This document shows positions 1 through 9,666 of a stretch of DNA of 64,000 bases, piece after piece. Source of the DNA: an uncultured Synechococcus sp. (GTDB taxonomy: Bacteria > Cyanobacteriota > Cyanobacteriia > PCC-6307 > Cyanobiaceae); the NCBI GenBank assembly GCA_913050565.1, contig CAJWZW010000001.1, forward strand, positions 14,214 through 78,213. Reading direction: 5' to 3'. A model generated the notes under the pieces. That model saw nothing but the letters and a program-made list of their open reading frames with translations, ran no database searches and was not told the DNA's origin. The position numbers were made by a program, and so were the translations under genes. The stretch's first letter is position 1. Each line of letters starts with the position of its first letter.

Positions 1-159
1 CCCATGCGAAACCGATCTCGCCAGCACTCCAAAAAGCGACGAGTCTCATTCCACTGCAATCAATCTCAGAAGTTCATCAATAAGACTGTTGCCTGGAAGC
101 CCCTTCTCAAGACTCAAATCAATGTCTAAAGTTGGTACACGTTTTTGAGTGATAAGGGC

Positions 160-642
160 GTGCAGTGCCCCTCGTGCCAAAACACAGACAGCCGTGTCCT
201 TGAATCTCGGGCTGCTGATGGTGGCCGCAGCGTTCGACGCCGACGGGAATGTTTGAACTGTGAATTCCGTTTCACCACATATGAGCGCGTTGAAACAGTG
301 CCGATCACCGTGGTGAAACGCAATGGAAGCCGGGAGATCTTCAGCCGCAGCAAACTGCTGCACGGTTTGAACAGAGCCTGTGAAAAAACCGGTCTGAGCG
401 CCACTCAGCTCGAAACCCTGGTGGAGGAACTCGAGTTGAAACTGCAGCAGCGCAGTGGTCGTGAAGTCAGCAGCACTGAAATCGGCGAGATCGTTCTCAG
501 CCAGCTCAAGGCTGTAAGCGAGGTTGCCTACATCCGCTTCGCCTCTGTGTATCGCCAGTTCCGCGGCATCGATGATTTCATCTCCACGCTGGAGACGATG
601 AACAAAGACCAAGGCAAAGGGCATCTGGCAGCCGTCGTCTGA
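160..642 (+). CDS. nrdR: Transcriptional repressor NrdR
   Basis: GTG start at 160 gives [17 protein letters not shown]...[17 protein letters not shown] (Zn ribbon) followed by an ATP-cone domain with [10 protein letters not shown]. Confidence 0.97.
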   Translation: MQCPSCQNTDSRVLESRAADGGRSVRRRRECLNCEFRFTTYERVETVPITVVKRNGSREIFSRSKLLHGLNRACEKTGLSATQLETLVEELELKLQQRSGREVSSTEIGEIVLSQLKAVSEVAYIRFASVYRQFRGIDDFISTLETMNKDQGKGHLAAVV

Positions 643-745
643 AGAAACCGGCGATCTGTAAAATCGATGATTCTCCGCAGAACGCTGGCGGGCGTTTCTT
701 GCGACTCATTCGAACTACCCACCTGAGGTAGACCGCCCAATCCCG

Positions 746-1846
746 ATGTCTGCGACTCCCACCGAGGACCAGGTCCAGGACGTGCAAGCCGAAGCAGTCG
801 ACGAAGCCGCTACGGACACCACAGCTGCCGTGGCCTCTGTCGAAGAAGCTTTTGAAGCCGAGGAAATGGCCATCCCTGAGGATGTTCCCTCCGCCGATGA
901 TCCTTCAAGCAGGGCCAATCCCCGGAACCTGGACGATGCCGGGTTCACGCTGGATGAGTTCGCCGCGCTGCTGAGCAAGTACGACTACAACTTCAAGCCC
1001 GGCGACATCGTCAACGGCACCGTGTTCGCCCTGGAATCAAAGGGGGCGATGATCGATATCGGTGCGAAGACCGCCGCATTCATGCCTCTCCAGGAGGTGT
1101 CGATCAACCGGGTCGAAGGCTTGAGCGATGTGCTCCAGCCCGGTGAGATCCGTGAGTTCTTCATCATGAGTGAGGAGAACGAAGACGGTCAGCTGGCCCT
1201 GTCGATCCGCAGGATCGAATACCAGCGTGCATGGGAGCGGGTTCGGCAGCTCCAGAAGGAGGACGCCACCATCTATTCCGAGGTGTTCGCGACCAACCGT
1301 GGCGGTGCGCTCGTGCGAGTTGAAGGGCTGCGCGGGTTCATCCCGGGATCACACATCAGCACCCGCAAGCCGAAGGAGGAGCTGGTCGCTGACTTCCTGC
1401 CTCTGAAATTCCTGGAGGTGGACGAAGAGCGAAATCGCCTTGTGCTCAGCCATCGCCGTGCCCTGGTGGAGCGGAAGATGAATCGCCTGGAGGTTGGCGA
1501 GGTGGTCATCGGCACAGTCCGCGGCATCAAGCCCTACGGCGCCTTCATTGATATCGGCGGCGTCAGCGGCCTGCTGCACATCTCCGAGATCAGCCACGAA
1601 CACATCGAGACACCCCACTCGGTGCTGAACGTGAACGACCAGATGAAGGTGATGATCATCGACCTCGATGCTGAACGTGGCCGTATTTCCCTGTCCACGA
1701 AGGCCCTGGAGCCCGAACCGGGCGACATGCTCACCGATCCGCAGAAGGTGTTTGAGAAGGCTGAAGAGATGGCAGCCCGCTACAAGCAGATGCTGATGGA
1801 GCAGGCTGAGGATGGCGAAGATCCGATCAGCTCGATGATGGTCTGA
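746..1846 (+). CDS. rpsA: 30S ribosomal protein S1 (three S1 domains, cyanobacterial type)
   Basis: S1 repeats: GAMIDIGAKTAAF, GGALVRVEGLRGFIP, YGAFIDIGGVSGLLHISEIS. Confidence 0.96.
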   Translation: MSATPTEDQVQDVQAEAVDEAATDTTAAVASVEEAFEAEEMAIPEDVPSADDPSSRANPRNLDDAGFTLDEFAALLSKYDYNFKPGDIVNGTVFALESKGAMIDIGAKTAAFMPLQEVSINRVEGLSDVLQPGEIREFFIMSEENEDGQLALSIRRIEYQRAWERVRQLQKEDATIYSEVFATNRGGALVRVEGLRGFIPGSHISTRKPKEELVADFLPLKFLEVDEERNRLVLSHRRALVERKMNRLEVGEVVIGTVRGIKPYGAFIDIGGVSGLLHISEISHEHIETPHSVLNVNDQMKVMIIDLDAERGRISLSTKALEPEPGDMLTDPQKVFEKAEEMAARYKQMLMEQAEDGEDPISSMMV

Positions 1847-1851
1847 GCCTG

Positions 1852-2622
1852 ATGGCCCAATTGCTGCTGAAGGGACACCCCATCGGCGCAATCGACGGGG
1901 TGCTGTTCGACAAGGACGGCACCCTTTCCCTCAGCGAGCCCCACTTGCTGAATTTGGCGGAGCAGCGCATCAAGGCCGCTCTGGAGCTCTGGAGCGCGAC
2001 CAGAGGCACACCTGCCAAGGATCTACGCCGGATCCTCAGCCGAGCCTTCGGCCTTGAGAACGGTGCATTGCACCCCGGAGGCACCTTGGCCGTCGCAGCG
2101 CGACAGGACAACCTCACCTCCACCGCCACGGTGTTCTGCCTGATGGGCTGCAGCTGGCCTGAGGGTCTGGCTCTGGCAGAACGCTGCTTCAACGACGTTG
2201 ATCAGCAACGCACTGAGCGACCAAAGCCGAGCCCGCTGATGGAGGACGCGGCATCCATGCTTCGCAAACTGCACGCCGGAGGAGTGCAACTGGCGGTCAT
2301 CAGCAACGACACCCGGCAGGGGATCCAGGATTTTCTCGATCACCACTCCCTTTCAAACCTGTTCAGCAGCTGCTGGAGCGCTGAGGACCTGCCACGCAAA
2401 CCCGATCCGCAGGCGGTGCATCACCTCTGTCGCCGGCTGAACCTCGCGCCTGAGCATTGCGCGCTGATTGGGGATGCCGAAACCGATCTGACCATGGCCC
2501 ATCAGGCAGGGATCGGCTGTGTGATCGGCTATCGCGGCGGCTGGACCCTGCCACCGGTGCTCCCAACGGCGGCGCATCAACTCAACAGCTGGGGCGATCT
2601 TGATCTGGTGGCCAACCCGTAA
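1852..2622 (+). CDS. HAD-superfamily hydrolase (phosphoglycolate phosphatase-like)
   Basis: HAD motifs FDKDGTL, VISND, KPDP, IGDAETD. Confidence 0.88.
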   Translation: MAQLLLKGHPIGAIDGVLFDKDGTLSLSEPHLLNLAEQRIKAALELWSATRGTPAKDLRRILSRAFGLENGALHPGGTLAVAARQDNLTSTATVFCLMGCSWPEGLALAERCFNDVDQQRTERPKPSPLMEDAASMLRKLHAGGVQLAVISNDTRQGIQDFLDHHSLSNLFSSCWSAEDLPRKPDPQAVHHLCRRLNLAPEHCALIGDAETDLTMAHQAGIGCVIGYRGGWTLPPVLPTAAHQLNSWGDLDLVANP

Positions 2623-2646
2623 AGTCTCGCCACAGGTGCCAGCTGT

Positions 2647-3873
2647 ATGAGTCGTTACGTCTTTACCTCCGAATCAGTCACGGAAGGACATCCAGACAAA
2701 ATCTGCGATCAGGTGAGTGACGCGGTGCTTGATGCCCTCCTGGCGCAGGATCCCGCCAGCCGTGTGGCCTGCGAAACGGTGGTGAACACCGGCCTGTGCA
2801 TGATCACCGGTGAAGTGACCTCGAAAGCTCAGGTGGACTTCATCCACCTGGTGCGCAACGTGATCAAGGAGATCGGATACAGCGGCGCCCGTGCCGGTGG
2901 ATTCGACGCCAACAGCTGTGCCGTGCTGGTGGCTCTCGACCAGCAGTCTCCGGATATTGCCCAGGGTGTGAACGAGGCCGATGACCACGCCGGCGATCCT
3001 CTGGATCTGGTGGGGGCTGGAGACCAGGGAATCATGTTCGGCTACGCCTGCAACGAAACCCCGGAACTGATGCCGCTGCCGATCAGCCTGGCCCACCGTC
3101 TCTCGCGCCGGCTGGCTGAAGTTCGCCACAACGGCAGCCTGAACTATCTGCTTCCCGATGGCAAAACCCAGGTGAGCGTTGTCTATGAAAACGACAAACC
3201 GGTGGCCATCGACACGATCCTCGTTTCCACCCAGCACACCGCGGAAATCGACGGCATCAGCGATGAACAGGGCATTCGCGACCGGATCACAGAGGACCTC
3301 TGGACCCATGTTGTCGAGCCAGCCACCGCAGATCTGGCGCTGAAACCCAGCCGGGAATCCACCAAGTATCTGGTGAATCCCACAGGCAAATTCGTGGTGG
3401 GAGGCCCTCAGGGAGATGCGGGTCTCACCGGCCGCAAAATCATCGTCGACACCTACGGCGGCTATGCCCGGCATGGTGGGGGTGCCTTCTCCGGTAAAGA
3501 CCCCACCAAGGTCGACCGTTCAGCTGCCTACGCCGCTCGCTATGTGGCCAAGTGCCTCGTGGCCGCTGGCCTGGCTGAACGAGCGGAAGTGCAGCTGAGC
3601 TACGCCATCGGTGTGGCCAAGCCGGTTTCGATCCTTGTGGAATCCTTCGGCACCAGCAAGCTGAGCAACGACGCTCTCACAAGCCTGGTGCAGGAGCATT
3701 TCGACCTTCGTCCTGGGGCCATCATCGAGACCTTCGAGCTGCGGAACCTTCCCAAACAACGTGGCGGACGGTTTTATCAGGACACCGCTGCCTACGGCCA
3801 CTTCGGTCGGAACGATCTGAAGGCTCCCTGGGAAAACGTTGACGCCAAAGCGGCGGAATTGCGCAAGGTCTGA
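2647..3873 (+). CDS. metK: S-adenosylmethionine synthetase
   Basis: [38 protein letters not shown] signatures. Confidence 0.99.
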   Translation: MSRYVFTSESVTEGHPDKICDQVSDAVLDALLAQDPASRVACETVVNTGLCMITGEVTSKAQVDFIHLVRNVIKEIGYSGARAGGFDANSCAVLVALDQQSPDIAQGVNEADDHAGDPLDLVGAGDQGIMFGYACNETPELMPLPISLAHRLSRRLAEVRHNGSLNYLLPDGKTQVSVVYENDKPVAIDTILVSTQHTAEIDGISDEQGIRDRITEDLWTHVVEPATADLALKPSRESTKYLVNPTGKFVVGGPQGDAGLTGRKIIVDTYGGYARHGGGAFSGKDPTKVDRSAAYAARYVAKCLVAAGLAERAEVQLSYAIGVAKPVSILVESFGTSKLSNDALTSLVQEHFDLRPGAIIETFELRNLPKQRGGRFYQDTAAYGHFGRNDLKAPWENVDAKAAELRKV

Positions 3874-3879
3874 TCGTTC

Positions 3880-5133
3880 ATGGAACCTCTGGTGCTCGGC
3901 CTGGATCTGGGCACCAGCGGTGTGCGTATCGCTGTTCTCGATACTGCAGGTCATCTTCTGCACAGTTCCAGCACGAGCTATGCCAGGGGGCTGGCCCATG
4001 CCGAGGACTGGTGCAGGGCCTGTCGTGAACTGATCACTGGCATACCGCAGACCCTGAGCAACCGGCTGCGCGCCTTGGCAGTGGACGGCACCTCAGGCAC
4101 GTTGCTGGCCTGCCGGACCGACGGCACACCCATCGGGCGGGCACTGCCTTACTCCAGAGCCTGCCCTGATCAATCGCACCTGCTGCAGGCACTCGTTCCT
4201 GCAACCAGCCCGGCGGCAAGCAGCAGCGGCAGTCTGGCCCGGGCCCTGGAGCTTCTGAAACGGGTGCCGGAGCCAGGCTTTCTGCGCCATCAGGCCGACT
4301 GGATCAACGGCTGGTTCCTGCAGGACTGGCGCTGGGGGGAAGAGGGCAACAATTTCCGGCTGGGCTGGAATCCTCAGAAAAACGAATGGGACGGTGCAAT
4401 CTCGAACCAGCGGTGGGCTGCAGCGCTGCCGAGCATCCGGCCCAGTGGAACGGTTCTGGGGAGGATCGACAACGACCTGGCCATCGAGCTGAACCTTCCC
4501 ACCCGGATCAGCGTGGTGGCTGGAACAACCGATTCCAATGCAGCTGTTCTGGCGGCGAACCCCTGCGAAGCGGATGGCGTCACTGTTCTGGGAACAACAC
4601 TGGTGATGAAGCGATTCACAGCCCAGCCGCTCGTCGGCCCAGGGATCACCAGCCATCGGGTGGGAGGCCGCTGGCTCTGCGGCGGGGCCTCCAATGCCGG
4701 AGCAGGGGTGCTGCGACGCTTCTTCAGCGACGACCAGCTGCGGGAACTGAGCCGTCAGATCGACCCGGAGAGTGCGAGCGGACTGGATTATCTGCCGCTG
4801 CCTGACACCGGCGAGCGCTTCCCTGTGGACGACCCAGGCCTGATGCCGGTTCTGGAACCAAGGCCGGTGAGCGATGCCTTGTTTCTGCAGGGACTGCTGG
4901 AGGGCCTTGCCACGATCGAGGCAAGGGGCTGGCAACGTCTCAGGGAGTTGGGTGCGGAGCCACCCTTGAGGGTGATCAGTCTCGGGGGCGGGGCTCGCAA
5001 TCCCCAGTGGCGGCGCCTGCGCGAACGCCGGCTGGGTTGCCCTGTGCTGAGCTGCACCATGCCACCGGCAGCCGGGGTGGCGCGGCTGGCATTACAGGCC
5101 CTGAACGAGGGAGAATCAGCACAGCAACATTGA
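3880..5133 (+). CDS. FGGY-family carbohydrate kinase (xylulose/ribulose kinase-like)
   Basis: LGLDLGTSG, DGTSGT, GTTDS, GGGARN motifs. Confidence 0.9.
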   Translation: MEPLVLGLDLGTSGVRIAVLDTAGHLLHSSSTSYARGLAHAEDWCRACRELITGIPQTLSNRLRALAVDGTSGTLLACRTDGTPIGRALPYSRACPDQSHLLQALVPATSPAASSSGSLARALELLKRVPEPGFLRHQADWINGWFLQDWRWGEEGNNFRLGWNPQKNEWDGAISNQRWAAALPSIRPSGTVLGRIDNDLAIELNLPTRISVVAGTTDSNAAVLAANPCEADGVTVLGTTLVMKRFTAQPLVGPGITSHRVGGRWLCGGASNAGAGVLRRFFSDDQLRELSRQIDPESASGLDYLPLPDTGERFPVDDPGLMPVLEPRPVSDALFLQGLLEGLATIEARGWQRLRELGAEPPLRVISLGGGARNPQWRRLRERRLGCPVLSCTMPPAAGVARLALQALNEGESAQQH

Positions 5134-5137
5134 TGGA

Positions 5138-5251
5138 ATGCCCACCAAACTGAGCGAAATCCTGGCGGTGGGGCTGTTTGTGGTGTTGGCCGGTTACGTC
5201 GGATTCAGTGGCATCCGTCTTGGCCTGCTGCTGTGGCAACGTTTCGCCTGA
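5138..5251 (+). CDS. Small (37 aa) single-pass membrane protein, hypothetical
   Basis: Below the ORF-track cutoff. ATG 5138 to TGA 5251 reads MPTKLSEILAVGLFVVLAGYVGFSGIRLGLLLWQRFA; one hydrophobic helix; fills the gap 4 nt after the kinase stop. Confidence 0.6.
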   Translation: MPTKLSEILAVGLFVVLAGYVGFSGIRLGLLLWQRFA

Positions 5252-5293
5252 TCAAATTGCTGCAAAGATTCAGTCTGAGAACAAGGAACCGAC

Positions 5294-5569
5294 ATGGCTG
5301 CAGACCCCCTGAACGACGCCGTGAGCACACGGATCTGTCAACACATGAATGACGATCACGCCGAAGCGGTTCTGGCCTATGCAGTGCATTACGGCGGCGT
5401 CAGTGCCCCGACATCCGCCCGAATGCTGGCCGTGAAGCCCGATGCGATGGAAATCGAGGTGGATGGCAGCAGTCTGAGCATCGCGTTCGATCACACACTC
5501 ACCGACAGCGAAGATGCCCACCGCACCCTGGTGGCGATGCTGCGGGCCATGCCGAAGAAAGAGAGCTGA
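5294..5569 (+). CDS. DUF2470 domain heme-binding protein (Dri1-like)
   Basis: RICQHMNDDH and DSEDAHRTLV motifs typical of stand-alone cyanobacterial DUF2470 proteins. Confidence 0.85.
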   Translation: MAADPLNDAVSTRICQHMNDDHAEAVLAYAVHYGGVSAPTSARMLAVKPDAMEIEVDGSSLSIAFDHTLTDSEDAHRTLVAMLRAMPKKES

Positions 5570-5590
5570 CGGGAGGGGAATGCTTCAGGC

Positions 5591-6241
5591 GTGTCAACGC
5601 CTGCCATGTTGCGTGCCTTGCTTGAGATCGGGCGAACGCTGCTTACAGAGCCTGTTTGCCCGTTGTGCGCTACCAGGATCCACGAGGATCAGTCGGAGCC
5701 CAGGCCCTGTCCAGCCTGCGTTGAAAGTCTCGGGTTGCAGATCAGCGGATACAAAGGCCTGCATCCCCTGCCCTGGTGGGCCGCTGGAATGTATGACGGT
5801 GCCCTGCGCAGCTGCCTGCTGGACCTCAAGCGAACCCACTCCAACAGGATCCTGGATGCTCTGGTGAACAGCCTCAAGCCTTGCCTTCCCGCAACAGATC
5901 AGAGCTGGCTGGTGCCAATTCCCAGCTGGAAACGGCGACAGGGCAATCTCCTGCCAGCGCGCATGGCCGAGAGGCTGGGACCAGTGAAGCCTGACCTGCT
6001 GCGGCGGACGCAAGCATGCATTGGTCAGCACCATCTCAACCGACACCAGCGACTGACCAATCTGAGAGGAGCCTTCCACAGCCCGGCCTCAAACCGCTCA
6101 CTGAATGTATGGCTGGTGGATGACATCCTCACCACGGGGGCAACGGCAGTGGCAGCCCAGACAGCCCTGGCAGAAGCCGGCCACAGCGTGCATGGACTGA
6201 TCTGCCTGGCACGCACTCCGATTCCTCGTTCCAGGCGGTGA
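5591..6241 (+). CDS. comF: ComF-family amidophosphoribosyltransferase-like protein
   Basis: N-terminal CPLC...CPAC Zn ribbon and PRPP-binding WLVDDILTTGAT. Confidence 0.85.
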   Translation: MSTPAMLRALLEIGRTLLTEPVCPLCATRIHEDQSEPRPCPACVESLGLQISGYKGLHPLPWWAAGMYDGALRSCLLDLKRTHSNRILDALVNSLKPCLPATDQSWLVPIPSWKRRQGNLLPARMAERLGPVKPDLLRRTQACIGQHHLNRHQRLTNLRGAFHSPASNRSLNVWLVDDILTTGATAVAAQTALAEAGHSVHGLICLARTPIPRSRR

Positions 6242-6271
6242 TTTAGGATTTAAAGGTCGCGAAAGCGACGT

Positions 6272-6344
6272 GCCGGGATAGCTCAGTTGGTAGAGCAGGC
6301 GACTGAAAATCGCCGTGTCCCCAGTTCAAATCTGGGTCCTGGCA
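6272..6344 (+). tRNA. trnF: tRNA-Phe (GAA); marks the start of the PBS rod region
   Basis: GCCGGGATAGCTCAGTTGGTAGAGCAGGCGACTGAAAATCGCC...GTTCAAATCTGGGTCCTGGCA; anticodon GAA at 6305-6307; no encoded CCA. Confidence 0.98.
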
Positions 6345-6365
6345 TGCAGTGTTTAAACCCTTCAC

Positions 6366-6605
6366 GTGTCGTACATCTCTCCGGATGCCGGGACGGATCG
6401 CGTTTTCGACAACGCCGATAGTTTCGCCATGGTGTTTGACCGCACCTGGCAGCGCCTGCGAGGTGAAGCGACGGAATCCCCCAGCGAGGCTGAGTTCCTT
6501 GAACAGGTTTTGGCCGAAATGACTGACCACCCCTTCCTGATCAGCTCGCCGGAGATGGCGCGACAGGTGGCAGCTTTTCGGATTCGGCTTCTTGATCTCA
6601 GCTGA
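6366..6605 (+). CDS. Conserved hypothetical PBS-region protein (unk1-like)
   Basis: 79 aa ORF immediately after tRNA-Phe; FDNADSFAMVFD and HPF...ARQVAAFRIRLL motifs; position matches the first gene of Synechococcus PBS regions. Confidence 0.75.
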   Translation: MSYISPDAGTDRVFDNADSFAMVFDRTWQRLRGEATESPSEAEFLEQVLAEMTDHPFLISSPEMARQVAAFRIRLLDLS

Positions 6606-7016
6606 TCAGGCTGTCATCAGATCAATCTGAGGATCATCGACGTACTCCGTGTCTTCACTGGACTCATCTTCAGGAAGTGCGTCCTCACCGACGGAATCTT
6701 GCGGAGACATGTCCTGATCACCCGTTGCCAAAGGAACCACATCAGCCATCACCTCGCCCTGATGAGGTGCCGGGTTGACGGGTGCCAGTCGATCACGCAG
6801 TAACCGCACCTTCTCTTCACTGGCTGACAGAAGCTCACCGGCGTCATCGCTGATGGCAACGTGCGCCGCGTCAGCCACCTGTTGTCCTTCAACCTCAGCC
6901 AACCGGGCTTCGAGGGCCATTACACGATCAGCGAGGGTCTCGGCCACCCCACTGAGACTCAGCAACTGGCTGCAGAGCTGCTGCTCGAATGCAGAGCGTG
7001 GGGAATTGGTGGTCAC
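6606..7016 (-). CDS. Conserved hypothetical coiled-coil/acidic protein (unk2-like)
   Basis: Probable GTG start at 7016 (ORF open to 7082); LSGVAETLADRVMALEARL coiled coil; acidic tail ending TEYVDDPQIDLMTA. Confidence 0.7.
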   Translation of the reverse strand: MTTNSPRSAFEQQLCSQLLSLSGVAETLADRVMALEARLAEVEGQQVADAAHVAISDDAGELLSASEEKVRLLRDRLAPVNPAPHQGEVMADVVPLATGDQDMSPQDSVGEDALPEDESSEDTEYVDDPQIDLMTA

Positions 7017-7135
7017 CGAACGGACCTCGTGAAGAAACGATTGAGCCGATGGTATCGATGCTTTTGAACGTGTAAATAGCAATGCCCCCCAGGGGTCTGA
7101 TTTAGGTTTTCGAGCGTTTGATCGCAGAAGCCAGG

Positions 7136-7789
7136 ATGCCCAGGCTGTCGAAGGTGCTGAAGATCAGCGCATGGGTTGCTGTTTTTGTTGTTGTCGTTGT
7201 TTTTCTGCAGCGATACGGCATTGAACCGTTGAAGGTGGCCGTTGAAGACATGGGTTTCTGGGCACCGCTCGGGTTATTCATGCTGCGAGGTGTAAGCATC
7301 ATTCTTCCTGCTTTACCCAGCTCCGTTTATTCGCTTCTGGCCGGCTCTCTGCTGGGATTCAAAGTTGGCTACCTGACCATCATTCTTTCGGACCTGATTT
7401 TCTGCAGCACAGCGTTCTTCATCGCACGTCGCTGGGGACGAGGCCCAGTGAGCCGTTTGGTTGGGGCTAGCGCGATGGAAAAAATTGACGGGTTCTCCAA
7501 AAACCAGCTTGAGGGCAACTTCTTTCTGATGACTGGTCTGCTGATGACCGGGATTTTTGACTTTCTCAGCTATGCGATCGGCATCACGCGCACGAACTGG
7601 AAGCTGTTTGCGCCGGCTCTCGTGATCAGCGTTCTGATCAGTGATTCCATTCTGGTTGCCATTGGGGCAGGAGCTGCCCAGGGCCTCAACGTCATGCTTG
7701 TCATCGCTCTTCTGGCCATGTTCGCTCTGGCAACCCTCACTGGAGTGCTCAAAAACAAAGCCAAGTCGCAGGAGGAATCCGGGGCCTGA
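7136..7789 (+). CDS. TVP38/TMEM64 (DedA/VTT) family membrane protein (unk3-like)
   Basis: Multi-TM protein; PALPSSVYSLLAGSLLG, FFIARRWGR and FDFLSYAIG motifs. Confidence 0.85.
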   Translation: MPRLSKVLKISAWVAVFVVVVVFLQRYGIEPLKVAVEDMGFWAPLGLFMLRGVSIILPALPSSVYSLLAGSLLGFKVGYLTIILSDLIFCSTAFFIARRWGRGPVSRLVGASAMEKIDGFSKNQLEGNFFLMTGLLMTGIFDFLSYAIGITRTNWKLFAPALVISVLISDSILVAIGAGAAQGLNVMLVIALLAMFALATLTGVLKNKAKSQEESGA

Positions 7790-7836
7790 ACCGAGACAAA
7801 ACCGGGCTTACATTGAACCTGGTCGGAGGGTTCCTG

Positions 7837-8262
7837 ATGAATGCGCTGACGGATTCCAGAATCTCGGCACTGCAACAACAGGCAGGCGAAAAAGGCGTCC
7901 TGAATTACACCATCGGTGACGGGTGTTTTCGAATCAACCTTCTCGACGACAACATCGCCCTTTGGCAGGAGACCTTCGCAAAAAACAGTTCTGCGGCAAA
8001 TCTGCTGCTGGCCTGCGATAAAAACAGTGGTGATCTGAGCACCACCAAACTCACCTGGGTTGTGGGATCAGCCATTCGAAGCAGCACTGCCGGAAACACC
8101 GGCGAGGCCGCAACTCTGTTGAGTCAGCTTGGAGTGGGCGATGAGCTGGCGAGAGCAGCTGCTGAACATTGTCCTGGCCTGGGAGAAGATCTGATCTGGG
8201 CCTTCTATCTGGAACGGCATGGCTGGCTGATTGCCACACCGGTTGGCCAAGTCCAGCCCTGA
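7837..8262 (+). CDS. Conserved hypothetical protein (unk4-like)
   Basis: ORF overlaps the aplA start (TGATG); WVVGSAIR and CPGLGEDLIWAFYLERHGWLIATP motifs. Confidence 0.7.
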   Translation: MNALTDSRISALQQQAGEKGVLNYTIGDGCFRINLLDDNIALWQETFAKNSSAANLLLACDKNSGDLSTTKLTWVVGSAIRSSTAGNTGEAATLLSQLGVGDELARAAAEHCPGLGEDLIWAFYLERHGWLIATPVGQVQP

Positions 8263-8837
8263 TGGATCCAGATTCAAACCGTCTGCAGCAACTGATCCAT
8301 GCAGCACGGGTCCAAGGACTGGGCGATGACCCGTCGCTGCAGGCCCATTGCCGAAGCATCATCGCTGCGGCCGACAGCGGCAAACGCCACCTGACAACGC
8401 AGGAACTGCAGTTGATCTGCGCAGCGACGGGCCGCAGTGCACAGGTCGCCGAACAGCTTCAGAAACGCGCCCATGACCTCGTCGACAAGGCGCGGGCCAT
8501 TCTCTTGAACGAGCAGCCTGGCCTGGTGCAGGAGGGGGGTGCCTTGCATCCAGCGGAGCGTGCGGAGGCCTGCTGGAGAGATTGCTGGCAATTTCAGCGG
8601 GTGATCATCTACGCCTATGCCTGTGGCAGGAGTTGCTTCACCGATCCAAAAGGCATGGCAGCCCTGAGAGAGCTTTACCGATTGATGAATGTGCCCGTGG
8701 TGGGGCTGAACATTGCCTTGCGACAGCTGGAAATTCTCACGTTGTCGGACGTCAGCAATGCTGACGATCAAGCTTTGATTACTGCAGCTTTCAGTCATCT
8801 CAGGGGCGAGCTCAACAAAACTGCAGTTAAGAGCTGA
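8262..8837 (+). CDS. aplA: Allophycocyanin-like phycobiliprotein AplA
   Basis: Phycobiliprotein-fold motifs IIAAAD and GGALHPAERAEACWRD (chromophore-Cys motif), LRELY. Confidence 0.85.
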   Translation: MDPDSNRLQQLIHAARVQGLGDDPSLQAHCRSIIAAADSGKRHLTTQELQLICAATGRSAQVAEQLQKRAHDLVDKARAILLNEQPGLVQEGGALHPAERAEACWRDCWQFQRVIIYAYACGRSCFTDPKGMAALRELYRLMNVPVVGLNIALRQLEILTLSDVSNADDQALITAAFSHLRGELNKTAVKS

Positions 8838-8906
8838 TACGTCCTCCAACAGAATCGAATCAGGCAAGAGAGGATCTACATCAGTATTTGTGCTTACGGC
8901 TCTTCC

Positions 8907-9662
8907 ATGGCCATCCCTCTGCTTGGGTATTCCCTGACCACTCAGAACGGACGCGTCAGCAACCTGGCAGGCGACAGCAGCACCGTTCAACTCCAGAACT
9001 ACGGATCATCAGCCGCAGGAGATGACAGCGCTCGGTCCACCATGGACACCGTGATCGAACAGGCCTACCGACAGGTGTTCTTTCACGCCATGAGCTGCGA
9101 TCGGGACCCGTTTTTGGAATCTCAGTTACGCAGCGGAAACATCACCGTTCGTGATTTCATCCGGGGACTGCTGCTGTCCGAACGATTCCAGCAGGGCTAC
9201 TACCAAGTCAGCACCAACTATCGGATGGTGGATCAGGTGGTGGGTCGTGTTCTCGGCAGGCCCGTGCATGGAGACGCCGAGCGGCGGGCCTGGTCGATCG
9301 TGATCGCCGAGAACGGTTTCACCAGCTTCATTGACGCCATTCTGGACAGCAGTGAATACATGAACTGCTTCGGATACGACCAGGTTCCGGAACAGCGCTC
9401 CCGCGTCCTTCCGGGACGGGCCATTGGTGAAACCCCCATCTATCAGCAGTTCCCTCGTTATGGAGACGACTGGCGGGATTCCCTTCAGGAGAGAGCCCCC
9501 AGCCCACAGAGTGCGGTTTCAACCCTGGAGACATCCAATGCCTGGGAGAACGGACAGGTTCCAGCCTTCGCACTGAAGTTATGGCTTGGTCTGACGGTCG
9601 TGGGCAGCATCGAAATCGTGCGGGTGCTCCTTACGATCGCCCTCTCGATGCTGCGCAGCTGA
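8907..9662 (+). CDS. cpcL: Rod-core/rod-membrane linker CpcL (CpcG2)
   Basis: MAIPLLGY...QNGRV, IEQAYRQVFFH, LESQLRSGNITVRDFIRGL plus a C-terminal hydrophobic membrane anchor. Confidence 0.92.
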   Translation: MAIPLLGYSLTTQNGRVSNLAGDSSTVQLQNYGSSAAGDDSARSTMDTVIEQAYRQVFFHAMSCDRDPFLESQLRSGNITVRDFIRGLLLSERFQQGYYQVSTNYRMVDQVVGRVLGRPVHGDAERRAWSIVIAENGFTSFIDAILDSSEYMNCFGYDQVPEQRSRVLPGRAIGETPIYQQFPRYGDDWRDSLQERAPSPQSAVSTLETSNAWENGQVPAFALKLWLGLTVVGSIEIVRVLLTIALSMLRS

Positions 9663-9666
9663 TCCG

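Noticed and set aside
46-624. Long antisense ORFs (e.g. 46-624, 2674-3474, 4093-4935, 34359-35342, 55953-56849)
   Set aside because: Mirror frames of well-supported genes; no motifs
6272-6400. Mobile element integrated at tRNA-Phe (a known hotspot for PBS regions)
   Set aside because: No integrase/recombinase and no duplicated tRNA 3' end seen; the site appears empty. Same for tRNA-Cys and tRNA-Arg
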